DNA of 63,330 bases, counting the filler, from Reclinomonas americana ATCC 50394 (lineage: Eukaryota): the NCBI GenBank assembly GCA_048213135.1. It is 6 parts of 4 records of this genome, joined end to end, with 100 filler letters (N's around TTAATTAATTAA, not from the genome) between each part and the next. Parts side by side here need not be neighbours in the genome. Positions count along the whole stretch, not along the records: positions 37,323 to 48,736 come from PS015548.1; positions 48,837 to 56,647 come from PS015551.1; 4 more parts are not named here. The stretch is one strand, 5' to 3'. The notes under the pieces are model-generated. The model saw only the letters and a list, made by a program, of their open reading frames with translations. It was not told the DNA's origin and made no database searches. Positions 38,894-51,800 of this stretch are shown piece by piece. How positions within the stretch are numbered: position 1 is the first letter of the stretch; each line of letters opens with the position of its first letter. Both the position numbers and the translations under genes were made by a program.

Positions 38894-40225
38894 CTACACG
38901 GTGGCCTTGCCGCTGCTGATGGCCTCGGGCGACGCCCACTTCTCCATGCGGAATGCATCCTCGCCAGGCTCCTTCACAGCCACGCCCGTCTCCAAGAAAA
39001 TCGCACTGATCAACGAGGCAGGCGTGCAGTCGAATGCCGGGTTCCATACGTGCGCACCCTCGGCCACCACTCGCTCACCGCGCGAGTGTGTCAACTGCAA
39101 CAAGCAACGTCAACAAACAACCAAAATCACTTCACACACGTGCGCGCCCCGACGACCCACCTCGGTGGCAGAGCGCTCCTCAATCTCCACCAGCTCGCCA
39201 CTGGCCAGATCCAGGTCCACAGAGGTGGTGGGACTGGCGACGTAGAACGGAACGCCGTGGAACTTGCACGAGATGGCCAACTGGTACGTGCCAATCTTGT
39301 TGATGGTGTCGCCATTGCGGCACACACGATCGGCGCCCACAATCACCGCCTGCACCTTGCCGGCCTTGAGAAGCGACGACACGGCCGAGTCCGCAATAAG
39401 CGTCACCGGAATGCGCTCGTACACCAGCTCGTATACCGTCAAGCGCGCGCCCTGATTGTACGGTCGCGTCTCCGTTGCAAACACATGCTCCAGCGTGCCC
39501 TTTTGGTACAGCGTACGAATCACTCCCAGCGCCGTGCCGTGCCCGGTGGTCGCCAGCGCACCCGTGTTGCAATGCGTCATCACACACACTTGCCGCTCGG
39601 CCGAGCCGCCGACCTCGGCCAGCAAATGCCGCGCTCCATGCTCCGCCAGTGCCTCATTATCCGCCCGATCCTTGACAAAGAGCGCCTCTGCAGCCGCCAC
39701 ATAGGCATCGACGACACTCTCCACCGTAGTTGCCTCCGACGACGCAGCAGCCTGGTCGACCACTGCAGTGAGATCGCGAACTGCATTGTGCAGATTGACA
39801 GCCGTGGGGCGACTCGTGTCCAAGTACGCCAGCTGCGACCTGCACTCGCTCATTCAGTCTCTCTCCCAGTCTCTCCCAGTGCTTGTGGGCGCCCGCTGAC
39901 CTGAGAAACGCAGCCGCCGCCTGTGCATCAGTCAACGACGACTGCTGCGATTTCACATGCACAATCAAGCCGAGTGCCGCAGCCACTGCAATCGCCGGTG
40001 CACCGCGAACTTTCATGGCACGAATGGCATGCCATGCATCCTGCGCTTGTGCACGCGTGTGTGTGAGCACTCAAAAAGACAACTTCTCATTACGCGCCAA
40101 AAAAACAAACGCACTTCGCTGTTGCATATGTCGTCGTATTGTGTGACGCCCGGCAGCACGGTCTGATCGAGCAACTGGAGCGTGTGACGCGCAGAGTCGT
40201 ACAGGATCGGCTGCAACGCAGACAT
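38894..40225 (-). CDS. MRI1: Methylthioribose-1-phosphate isomerase
   Basis: LLDQ..LP, MKVRGAPAI, SRPTAVNL, THCNTGALATTGHGTALG, ETRPYNQGARLT, GADRV.RNGDT.NKIGTY, NPAFD.TP; three introns. Confidence 0.97.
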
Positions 40226-40469
40226 GATGTGTGTGTGTGTACAATCGCGGGTGCAATTGAAGTGAGTCAGCGTCACAAAGTCACGCGCGGACGACTGTGA
40301 TCGAGAGGTAACCGCGCTGTCTTGTGTGTGTGCTTTGTGCGTCTGTGTGTGTGCGCGCGCGCGCTTCTGTGTGTGTCATCTTGGCAGAGGAAACTATTTT
40401 CCGCCATGACTTGAAATGGCCACACTCAGACTCACTCACACTCTTCCTCGTCTACCAGCAGCAGAAAAG

Positions 40470-41954
40470 ATGGCATCACGACGTGGAGGCAACAGCGATG
40501 CGGCGGGTCCGACACACAGTGCCACCGCGCCCTTGTGGCAGCCGCTTTCATTGTCATCGGAAGCAGCTCAGCCACCGGCCGCCCGCTGCGGTCACTGCGC
40601 TGCGCTGCTGCACGACGGGAGACACATGGTCGTGTTTGGCGGGTACAGACTGTCGGGACTGTCGCCGACGTACTATGCCGATTTGTGGCTGCTTGACACG
40701 GGTGAGTGAGAGAGCAAATCACAGAAGCACTCTTTCTCTCTTTCCACTCGCCTCTCTGCAATCCCCCCGTGCACTCTTTCCCTCAAATTGTCGCATACGG
40801 CCACATGACGCGGAAAACACCACATCCCGTCCGATCTGTGAAGTTAAGCCGCGTTCAGCTGGGTCAGTACTAGGGTGGGGGACCACTTGGGAAGCCCCAG
40901 TGCTTGTATGCTTTTGCCACTTTTTCTTTTTTTTCTTTCTTTGCGCGCTCACTGAGGGTTGCGCAGAGTCGGGCGAGTGGAAGCTGCTGGAGCCGGCGTC
41001 GTCGCAGCGACCGTCGGCACGTGCGCACGCGGCCATGGTGGCCACGTCGGCGTCGACGGTGGTGATGGTGGGCGGCTACAATGCACCCGAGTGCGGCAAC
41101 TTTGCGTATCTGACCGACATGTGGCGCTTCGACCTCGGCACGCTGGCGTGGACGAAGCTGCCGTCGGAGGGCAACCCGCCGCTCGGCCGCTTTGGTGCGT
41201 CGCTGCTGGTGGATCCCGCGGGTGGCGAGGGCAGTCTGTTGGCGGTCGGCGGGTACTTTTCGCTGGACGGCGATCACGGGTACTACAGCAACGTGCGGCG
41301 GTACGATGCAGGTGAGTGGGGAAGGGAGGAAAAGGGAGAGAGAAGGAGACACGGAGGAGAGGGAGAGAGCGATCAAGAGACAAGAAAGATAGTGACGATA
41401 AAAAAAAGGAAAGAGAGGGAGCGTGACGCAGAGCGACAACAAGGTGCAGACTGAGAGGGGATGAGTGACAGGGAGGGAGAGAGAGACAAGAAAGATTGTG
41501 ACGATAAAAAAAGGAGAAGGGGAGAGAGAGGAGGGAGCGTGACGCAGAGCGACAGCAAGGCGCAGAGTGATAAGAGAGGGGAATAGGAAGACAGATGCCG
41601 AGAGAGCCACTTACAGCGAAAAACAAAGGCAATAAGAAGTGAGAGAAAGAAAAAGGAAAAGATGCTTTGGTTTTCTCTCCCTCATACAGTGCATGCATTC
41701 GTACAGGCTCCGGCGAGTGGGTGGAGCTCCCGGTGGCCGAGGGCGCTGGCGAGACGCCTCTGGGTCGCTCCGGACACTCGGCCACACGTGTGGCCGACAA
41801 CGCCGTGTTGGTGTTTGGCGGCTACAATGACGACACGCCGGGTGGAGCCGCCTTCAAGTACCACAACGATGTGTGGATGCTGAGTGTGATTGACGGGCAG
41901 AGCCACTGGCGACGTGTGCATGCCGGTGGCAATGGCGAGGAGTCGGGCGCACCA
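40470..41954 (+). CDS. Kelch-repeat protein, 3' end in gap
   Basis: Repeated R.GH...VFGGY...D.W units in three exons. Confidence 0.85.
41376..41570. repeat. Intronic ~110-bp purine-rich direct duplication
   Basis: GACAAGAAAGATnGTGACGATAAAAAAA...GAGGGAGCGTGACGCAGAGCGAC occurs twice. Confidence 0.7.
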
Positions 41955-42998
41955 NNNNNNNNNNNNNNNNNNNNNNNNNNNNNNNNNNNNNNNNNNNNNN
42001 NNNNNNNNNNNNNNNNNNNNNNNNNNNNNNNNNNNNNNNNNNNNNNNNNNNNNNNNNNNNNNNNNNNNNNNNNNNNNNNNNNNNNNNNNNNNNNNNNNNN
42101 NNNNNNNNNNNNNNNNNNNNNNNNNNNNNNNNNNNNNNNNNNNNNNNNNNNNNNNNNNNNNNNNNNNNNNNNNNNNNNNNNNNNNNNNNNNNNNNNNNNN
42201 NNNNNNNNNNNNNNNNNNNNNNNNNNNNNNNNNNNNNNNNNNNNNNNNNNNNNNNNNNNNNNNNNNNNNNNNNNNNNNNNNNNNNNNNNNNNNNNNNNNN
42301 NNNNNNNNNNNNNNNNNNNNNNNNNNNNNNNNNNNNNNNNNNNNNNNNNNNNNNNNNNNNNNNNNNNNNNNNNNNNNNNNNNNNNNNNNNNNNNNNNNNN
42401 NNNNNNNNNNNNNNNNNNNNNNNNNNNNNNNNNNNNNNNNNNNNNNNNNNNNNNNNNNNNNNNNNNNNNNNNNNNNNNNNNNNNNNNNNNNNNNNNNNNN
42501 NNNNNNNNNNNNNNNNNNNNNNNNNNNNNNNNNNNNNNNNNNNNNNNNNNNNNNNNNNNNNNNNNNNNNNNNNNNNNNNNNNNNNNNNNNNNNNNNNNNN
42601 NNNNNNNNNNNNNNNNNNNNNNNNNNNNNNNNNNNNNNNNNNNNNNNNNNNNNNNNNNNNNNNNNNNNNNNNNNNNNNNNNNNNNNNNNNNNNNNNNNNN
42701 NNNNNNNNNNNNNNNNNNNNNNNNNNNNNNNNNNNNNNNNNCGAGAGACGAGCGACAGAGCAGAGCAGCGTGCACACGAGTTGAGGAAGGGGAAAACACG
42801 AGAGAGCACACACAGACAGCAAGAGAGAAGTATTGTCTGAACTCATCAGTGGATCGCGAGTCGGTTGCCGCGCTGACCAATCACTCCCTTTTTTCTTTGT
42901 TCACGCACGAGCAGCAGTCAAAAAAGCACGCGAGTGAGTGAGCATCTGCTGCAGTCACTTGCTCCTCCCTCCTCCTCCTCTCTGTGTGCGCGTGCATC

Positions 42999-43888
42999 AT
43001 GGAAGAGAGTGGGCGCAAGCGATTCACGGACGCGCAGGTGAGACACACACACACGCGCTTGCGCACTCTCTCTGTCTTTCTTTTTACATACTCACTTCTT
43101 CTCTCTTACGTGCGTGTGTGTGTGTATAGGTGGAGCTGCTGGAGGATGCGTTTCGACACAACAATTACCCGTCGCGCGCAGAGAGAGAGCGCCTCGCCTC
43201 TCTCTTTGAGCGCTCAGCTGCCTCAGTGGCCTCCTGGTTCCAACGACGACGCTCACTAGCCTCACAAGGTCAGTGCAATCACAACAAACAAGAAAGAAGA
43301 GAGAGCGCATAAAGAGCAAAGTAAGAGAGAGCGCGCAAGCAAACAAACACGGGATTTTTCCAACTTTTTCTCGCGCACACTGCATGACGCGCACTCTGCC
43401 TCCTCGCCCGCTGCACACTTTGCCCTCTGGCCTCTCTCGCGCGATCGATGTCTGACTTTTCTTTCCCTCTCTCTCTCGCTTTGCCCTGTATGTTCGTTCA
43501 CTCATTTTGGGGGGTGTGCCGCAGAGAACGACTCGACGATTCGGTGGCACAATTCGTCTCCCGCCGCCTCTTCGTCGACCATTGGCAGTGGCGGCTCGTC
43601 GCCTTCCGGGTCGTCGTCGCACGATGGGAGCAGCAGTGGAGGCCGGCGAGGCCGCGGGCATCGTCGAGCGAGCACGGGAGTGCCTCCGCGACCGGCAACG
43701 CGCCGACCGCGTGGTGACTTTTCAGAGGACGATGAGTGCAGTGAGGAGGCCTCGTCGCGGCGATCGTCGTCCCCGCCTGTGCAGTTTGCGGCCGCGGTGC
43801 TGTCGAGCATGATGATGTCGTCGTCGCCGGCGCACTCGCCGCATTTCATGATGATGGCTGCGCCTCCGCAGCCGGCACCGCCTGTGCC
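42999..43888 (+). CDS. Homeodomain protein, 3' end in gap
   Basis: RKRFTDAQ|VELLEDAFRHNNYPSRAERERLASLF...VASWFQRRR. Confidence 0.85.
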
Positions 43889-44654
43889 TNNNNNNNNNNN
43901 NNNNNNNNNNNNNNNNNNNNNNNNNNNNNNNNNNNNNNNNNNNNNNNNNNNNNNNNNNNNNNNNNNNNNNNNNNNNNNNNNNNNNNNNNNNNNNNNNNNN
44001 NNNNNNNNNNNNNNNNNNNNNNNNNNNNNNNNNNNNNNNNNNNNNNNNNNNNNNNNNNNNNNNNNNNNNNNNNNNNNNNNNNNNNNNNNNNNNNNNNNNN
44101 NNNNNNNNNNNNNNNNNNNNNNNNNNNNNNNNNNNNNNNNNNNNNNNNNNNNNNNNNNNNNNNNNGTGTGTGTGTTGTTATTTCATGAATGTTGTTTGTC
44201 AATTTTGAACCCGAGCCCGAAGTGCGCCACGGGAGGGAAGAGGTAGTGCTGCCTCTCTCCCTCGGGTGCCTCGCTAAGAAAAGAGAAGCAAGACCTGTAA
44301 TGTATGCGAGAAGAAGAAATCTGCGGGGAGGGGCGAGGGGGGAAGGGGGGGATGGGAAGGACAGGGAAGAAAGTTGTTTGTGGTTTGCACTCTTCTCACC
44401 GGTCGGCAAGGACACGATGCGCGCTCCGCCCTGTTCCATCGCTCTCCCTTCCGCTGTGTTTTCCCTTATCTTCTCCTCTCCTTCCGTTCCCCTCTCTTCC
44501 ACCTTGTCTACCGACTCGACGCTCGCTGAACTCAACGTGAGGGTGATACGCATGCGCAAACCACAACACGATTCACTGGAGACAAAAGAGGAAAGGTGGA
44601 GACAAAAAAGAGGGGATCCAATCGCGGTGACACGCTCCGTCCGCTCTGCCGACT

Positions 44655-45964
44655 CTATTCGTCGTCGGGCACCTCCGTTTTCGCCGTCGCCCCGAGGTTG
44701 ATGGCTGGCATCTCCGCGCTGTCGCCGTGGTGGCTGTGATCGCACGTCTCGTCGTGCACATGGCCGGCGTGGTGGTGCGGGTGATCGCACGGTCCATCAT
44801 GCGGGGCATGGTGGTGGTGATGGTGACCGTGGCCGTGGCCGTGATGGTGGTGATCGTGATCGTGATCGTGATCGTGGTCGTGGTCGTGGTCGCACGGTCC
44901 GTCGTGCGGGTGGTGGTGGTGGTGGTGACCACCGTGGCTGTGTCCGTGCTGATGATGCGGATGATCGCACGGCCCGTCGTGCGGGTGGTGGTGATGCTGC
45001 TGCTGTTCTGCGCGTCGCGCCAGGTGATCCAACATGGCCATGGTGCGCTCGCGGTACTGTCGGACGTGGAAGCTGCAGATGCCCTCGCGACCGGGTTCGT
45101 CTACAGGGGACGAAGAAAAACAAAGGTCAGTTCTCTCGCACAAGAGGGAGGAGATAGGGAAAGGAGCGCAACTGCTGGTCACCACCAGCTGCATGGGTGT
45201 CTTTCGCACGACGTCGGCGAGCAGCAAGCCCGGCTCCACGTCGCGCTCGCACGGAGTACGCTTCTCCTTGCGCTTGCCGTCCTTCTCGGTCAGGCGCACG
45301 TCGATGATGCCGCACTTGGGAATGGCAGCGAAACTGTGAGGTGGGGGAAGTGAGGGAGAGGGAGAGAGAGGGCGGAAGGGAGAGGGAAAGGAGGGGCAAN
45401 NNNNNNNNNNNNNNNNNNNNNNNNNNNNNNNNNNNNNNNNNNNNNNNNNNNNNNNNNNNNNNNNNNNNNNNNNNNNNNNNNNNNNNNNNNNNNNNNNNNN
45501 NNNNNNNNNNNNNNNNNNNNNNNNNNNNNNNNNNNNNNNNNNNNNNNNNNNNNNNNNNNNNNNNNNNNNNNNNNNNNNNNNNNNNNNNNNNNNNNNNNNN
45601 NNNNNNNNNNNNNNNNNNNNNNNNNNNNNNNNNNNNNNNNNNNNNNNNNNNNNNNNNNNNNNNNNNNNNNNNNNNNNNNNNNNNNNNNNAAACACTCAAC
45701 GCATTCGGGTTCTGCTTCTCCAACTGCGCCTTCTCCTTCATCAACATCGACAACAGCGCATCCTCATCGTCAGGCAACGCTTTCACCGCCTTTTTGCCTG
45801 CTTTTCCTCCCTGTTTGCCTCCCTTTGCTCCTGCACCTGCTCCTGCTCCTAATGAGACCGCACCACCAGTCTCCTGCTGCTGCTTGTTGCCTTTGCCTGT
45901 GCACACGCGCGTGAGAAAGAGATGAGTGGTGAGAAAGAAGAAAAGGTGAGAGACCTTTGCCCAT
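44655..45964 (-). CDS. Hypothetical protein with Gly/Lys-rich N-terminus and His/Asp/Cys-rich C-terminus (spans gap)
   Basis: Exons on both sides of gap 45400-45689; tail has PHDGPCDH x3 and poly-(HD)/(HG). Confidence 0.6.
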
Positions 45965-46424
45965 TCGCTGCGTTTCGTTGCAAAAGAAAATGTCCGATCG
46001 GAGCTCGACGTTCACGTGTGCTCGCATACAGGGAAAGCACGTGAGGCAGAGTAGTGCGTCGTTCTCACCGCTCACAAGCCGTTCCTCTCATCGTCGACGT
46101 TTGCGATTAATTATAGAAATTGCAACACAAAACGTCGCGTTGCAGCTGTGCTCGTCATGCAAACACGCGCGCAGGCTTGCTACTAGTACTCCTCATGTGT
46201 ACGCACACGCCCTTGGATCACAAACCGTTCCTCTCATCGTCGACGTTCACAAAAAACACAAGATTGCAGCAAGAAATGACCACATTGCTGTGCTTTTCAT
46301 GCACATACGCAGACTTGCTGCTACTCATTCATACGCACACGCTCTTGTGCTTCACTGGGGTTGTTTTGATGGTGCGTTGATCGACGTCGACCCGCGGGAT
46401 TTGCGCCGGACACTTTCAATCACA

Positions 46425-46690
46425 ATGGCAAGTGGGAGCGGAAGCAGCGCGGATTACCTGAGTGGGCCGAAGCTGCGCGCGTGGACCAAGGAGGATCTAA
46501 AGACGTTCAGCAAGGAGCACCCTGAGGTGTGTTTTCTTTTGCACACACGCGGCCATTTCGCACCTCTCACTCGTTTGTTTGTTTGTTTGTGCAGAGTGCG
46601 CGGCAGTTGAACACGTTGAAGACCACGGGTGCGTTTTGTGCGGCGACGGGCACGCTCAGCTCGTTTGCAGTGGCGCGCTCGTTTTGGCGA
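46425..46690 (+). CDS. Small protein resembling plant succinate dehydrogenase subunit 6; 3' end unresolved
   Basis: PKLRAWTKEDLKTFSKEHPE|SARQLNTL followed by a hydrophobic helix; by-eye similarity only. Confidence 0.35.
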
Positions 46691-47678
46691 GTGACTCACA
46701 AGTTGCGTGTGATGCAATGAGAGTGAGAGAGAATGAGGGAAGAAGGGGAGTGCAGTGTGCTGCTCTCTCTCTCTCTCTTCGCGCAGTCTGTCATTCATTT
46801 CGACTGTCTCTCTCACTCTCCTTCTCTGTCTCAGCTGCGACCCTCCTCTAGCTCTGCTTGTATTGTTACTCTACTCCTCTCTTTCTCTCGCTCTCCTTCT
46901 GCCTTTCTTCTTGTTTATCTCTCTCATGCGCACTTGCAGTCTGCTCCTTCGCTTGTCTCCCGTTCCCTCCCCCTCCCTGCGTCCACTCTCGCTTCAGGAT
47001 TCTGTTGTTGTTGTTCTTCATCTTTTCTTCTTCTTCTTCATTGCTCCCTCGTCCTGCTCCTGCGTCTATTCCCTCCAANNNNNNNNNNNNNNNNNNNNNN
47101 NNNNNNNNNNNNNNNNNNNNNNNNNNNNNNNNNNNNNNNNNNNNNNNNNNNNNNNNNNNNNNNNNNNNNNNNNNNNNNNNNNNNNNNNNNNNNNNNNNNN
47201 NNNNNNNNNNNNNNNNNNNNNNNNNNNNNNNNNNNNNNNNNNNNNNNNNNNNNNNNNNNNNNNNNNNNNNNNNNNNNNNNNNNNNNNNNNNNNNNNNNNN
47301 NNNNNNNNNNNNNNNNNNNNNNNNNNNNNNNNNNNNNNNNNNNNNNNNNNNNNNNNNNNNNNNNNNNNNNNNNNNNNNNNNNNNNNNNNNNNNNNNNNNN
47401 NNNNNNNNNNNNNNNNNNNNNNNNNNNNNNNNNNNNNNNNNNNNNNNNNNNNNNNNNNNNNNNNNNNNNNNNNNNNNNNNNNNNNNNNNNNNNNNNNNNN
47501 NNNNNNNNNNNNNNNNNNNNNNNNNNNNNNNNNNNNNNNNNNNNNNNNNNNNNNNNNNNNNNNNNNNNNNNNNNNNNNNNNNNNNNNNNNNNNNNNNNNN
47601 NNNNNNNNNNNNNNNNNNNNNNNNNNNNNNNNNNNNNNNNNNNNNNNNNNNNNNNNNNNNNNNNNNNNNNNNNNNTAG

Positions 47679-47781
<103 letters not shown>

Positions 47782-47794
47782 AGAGAAAGCGTAC

Positions 47795-48362
47795 CAGCAA
47801 TTTCATGCTGTCGGTGAACCACGCCGGCAGCGCCTTTGGTGGCGCGATGAGATCCACATCAAACAGCTCGATGAACTGCTCGTTGGCGTACCGGGTGCTG
47901 TTGCCGGCGTATAACCGATACTGCGTGTGAGAGAGGGGATGAGTAGAGGTGGGAGAAGGTGAAGAAAGGTTAACGCCGAACCTCATCGAGAATCGCCGAC
48001 AGTGTCCACCCTTCCAGCTTGCGCAGACAGCCGACGATGGTGCCCGTCTGGTGAATGCCGTCGCTGTGCGTCATGGCCAAGTGAGCGAACAACCTCCCAC
48101 ACGCTTCTCCTCTCACCAGCCCGCCCACTCAACGTGCACATGATCGCCAGCGGATAGTTGTCCGTGTTCAGCACCGTCTCAATGGCCTCCTTGACCAGCT
48201 CATCCGACAGTGGTCTCCACGAGGCGTCGGGCTTCCACACCTTCAGTCCGAGGTGGATCTGCACACACAAGAGAAACCGTGAGGGAAAGAGAGATGTCAC
48301 TGGCAGCACACAGCAGGGTAACCAGTTGAATGTTCTCCTGCTCAAAGAACTGCTTGGCCGCC
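47795..48362 (-). CDS. Siw14/OCA-family (PFA-DSP) phosphatase-like protein, internal exons only
   Basis: WRPLSDELVKEA, NYPLAIMCTDGIHQTGTIVGCLRKLEGW, EYRLYAG, EQFIELFD. Confidence 0.85.
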
Positions 48363-48889
48363 CTGCAAGACGACAATGGAGGGGAGGAAGTGAGCGAGGT
48401 CAACGTCGGTCTTCAAAAGGTTTGTTCTTTGGTCAGCTTGTTCACTGTGTCTCTCGTGCTCTCACTGTGTCAGTGTCACTGTCTGCTTTCACTCTTCTTG
48501 TTCTCAAGCCATTCACTCTCTGTGCTCTGCCTTGCTCTCTGCTCTCCGTCTTCCTCTCTCAGATCTCTGTCACTATCTTCTCTGCCTTTCTCTCGTCCTC
48601 CCTCCAACCTTCTCCCTTCCTCCCTCTCTCTCTCCCTCTCCTTCCCCTCTTCTTCCCTCATTTCCTCATTCCTCTTCCCTCATTCCCTCTCCCTCCGCCT
48701 CCCCTCCCTCTCCCTCTTCCTCTCTGTTTTCTCTTCNNNNNNNNNNNNNNNNNNNNNNNNNNNNNNNNNNNNNNNNNNNNTTAATTAATTAANNNNNNNN
48801 NNNNNNNNNNNNNNNNNNNNNNNNNNNNNNNNNNNNGGTTGATGAATGTATTGCCTATCCCACTCACATCTCCTCCCTCGCTGTTGCAG

Positions 48890-51800
48890 CGCTGAGCAAG
48901 CCGGCGACAGCCTCGGACGACATTACGGTGGATCAGTTGGAGGAGCTCGCCGAGGCACTGATGATGGTGTCGCTGCCGAGTTTGCGCGGGTGAGCGCAGG
49001 GGTCGTCGCTTCTGATCACAGATATCGAGGATTCTCACACTATTTTGCAGCACCGAGCAAATGGAACTGGCGGCCATTCTCGCAGCGTACCAGGAGCAAA
49101 AGGAGAAGCCTGGTGCATTGGACGATGCTGGCGCGCGTTTCTTGGTTGCGTTACCGCGACGTGAAGGAGAGCAACCTCCGCAGCGACGGTGGTGGACTCA
49201 CATGCACGTGTGCATTGCTTGCAGCTTGCGACCAAAATCTTCAAGTGCCTGTCACGTGTGCTCGGCTCGGCCGGACCAACGCAGATCGGCAACCAATATC
49301 TCATGTGGGCCGTGGTTTCGGAGACGCAGGTGTGGTCATCTTCCTCGTTGTCGCTCGTTTCGTCGTGGGCGCTGACACGTGTGATGCGCGAAGGACGCGC
49401 TCCTCGACATGGTGGCAACACGTGAGAGCACATGGAGCGCTCTGGAGGCACTCGGTGCCGGTTTCTGGTTGCAGAATCCCACTCTTGTGGTGCGTGAGCT
49501 CGCTTGTTCTTTTGAAGTGTAATCACCGACTCAGCCTTCTCCTTCAGAAATCCGCTGCGGAGCGAGTTGCCAAGGCTGCATTCGTGGTGAAGCGCGAACC
49601 GCTGGACTCGGCACTCTTCTATCTGGTACATTTCGCCTCGCTTACAGAATCTCCCCTCCTCTGTGCTGTCGCTGAACACGCTGTGCATGTTTATAGGCGT
49701 TGAAGAAGCAAAGCGTCCTCGGCGCTCTCTTCCGCACCAGTGGCAACAAGAAGTTCTCGGAATTCATGGCAAACGACTTTACGGATCCGCGATGGAAGGC
49801 TGCGGGCATGAAGAATGCCCTCGCGCTGCGTGCCCAGCACAAATACGGCGAGTGGTTGCTTGAGTAGGAAGAGGAGGCATGCGTGGCTTGCGTGCTCACT
49901 ACTTGTGCACAGACCTTGCCGCCGCCTTCTTCATCCTCGTTGGTGACTTCCCGACTGCCATGCAGCAGCTGATTGGTGAAGGCAAGCGTCTGCAGCTGGG
50001 AGTGTTTGTGGCCAAGGTGGTCGATGGTGAGTTGCTTGTATCGTGCGCCATGTGTGCCTGTCTGTGCTGCTGACACAAGACGTTTGTGCAGCCGTCGATC
50101 CGAGTGCCAACGCTCTGCAGCATGTCGTCAACGAGTACCTCCTGCCAGCGATGCGGCAGGTGATATTGTGTTCTCACTCCGATGTTTCAAACTCGTCCCT
50201 CACCCATGTGTGCTCAGGCGGAGGCTGACGGCCAGGGATCGTGGGGTGTGGTGGTGTCACGATGGCTGTTGCGCGACTTCACCGGCGCTCTGGACATTCT
50301 GCAATCGATGCCCAGCACGGCCATTGGGTACGGCCCCAGTGTGCACGCCCTCTGCCAGCGGTTGCTGCAAATGCCAGCGTTGCAGTTAAGTCGTTGTGCA
50401 ACTTGTGCGGAGTATGCACTCGGGAGGCGCTCACGTGGTGATGCGGTTCGTGCAGGTCGGCTGCTCGTCTGCAGGACAGAATGCCGTCGGTGTTGATGCG
50501 CGTGATCAAGTGCCTCGACGACACCGATGCCAATGTGCTCACGTTGGAGTTTGTGCGGGTGCGTCATGTGTGTGTGGTGCGTTGTGGCAATCCCACAGGA
50601 GTGATTCTTACTTTGCGGTCCTCAGAAACTGCTCGACGACCGCGATATCCGCCTCTCACCAGTGGGGAGGTCGGTTTTGTTCTTTATCGTCTCATTGTCT
50701 TATTTTCCCCTCTCTCTCTCACACACAAGTGCGATGTGTTGGTGAGCAGGCGGAAAGGTCCCAAGGGCACGCTGATGAATTTCTTTGGCGGTGTCTCGAG
50801 GAGAATATGTCGCGAAGTGTGCTTCCAGGTGCGTGGTCGGCGAAAAGCGTACAAGAGTTGAGGTCGTGCTTGTCTCACTTCTAGAGAAACTGCGCAGCGA
50901 TTGGTGAAGCTCCATCCAAACGCCGAGTTGATCGAGGAGCAGACGGAGCTCGTTCGTGCCGATATCGACTTTGTGATTGACGTGTTCCACCTGGATCGCA
51001 ATCGGCTCGTCGGCGAGCTGCGCAGATATGTGTGACTTCGCCTTAGAATTGTCGCCGACGAATCGCTGACGTGTGCTCTGTGTTGCCGTGTTGCACTGAG
51101 CTGCGACGTCGCATGCTGGTGTACAGCGAGTACGCTCTGGTGCGCGCCACTGATGAGGACCACGTGAATCTGTGGGAGGTGCTCGTGCCGCTGTGCCACC
51201 AGGTGGGTGGCAGAAAGAGGCTGCCTGTCTGCACAATCATGTTCTGTCTCACGCATTTGGTGTAGGTGGCGTCACTGCCACTCACGCTCTCACACGGCTC
51301 CATGTCGCCGTCACAAGTGGCCGCTCTGTCGGAATCGATGAAGTTGCCTCCATCAACTTTCCCTTCTTTGGCGTGTACGAGTCTTACTGACTGCTCTCGC
51401 CTGTAGGCATATGCTGCTGGTTGTGGAGGGTGGCGACGAGCACTTCCAAGAGTTGGCGGCTCCACTGCAGTACGACACCTTGGCCACTCTGCTGGTTGCG
51501 TCCCTCTCACCACTTCGTGCATGTGTGCTTATCAATCACTGCTGCTCATGGTGCACGTCAGATGTCGTACTTTGTGCAAGGTGTCGCCACTGAGTCAGCT
51601 GCATATGTGCAATGCGTGCTCGAGTTTACTCGCGACATTATCCGCGAGCCGCCGCAGACCGTGGATGTGGTGGCATTCAACACCGATCTCGAGCTGCGAT
51701 TTTCGCTGCGCGAAAGCGATTTGGCGAGCCACCGGCACATTCGTGCGTCGCGCCCAGCGTTGCGTACTGCATTCATACAATGTTTTCCTCTGCTGTTCTC

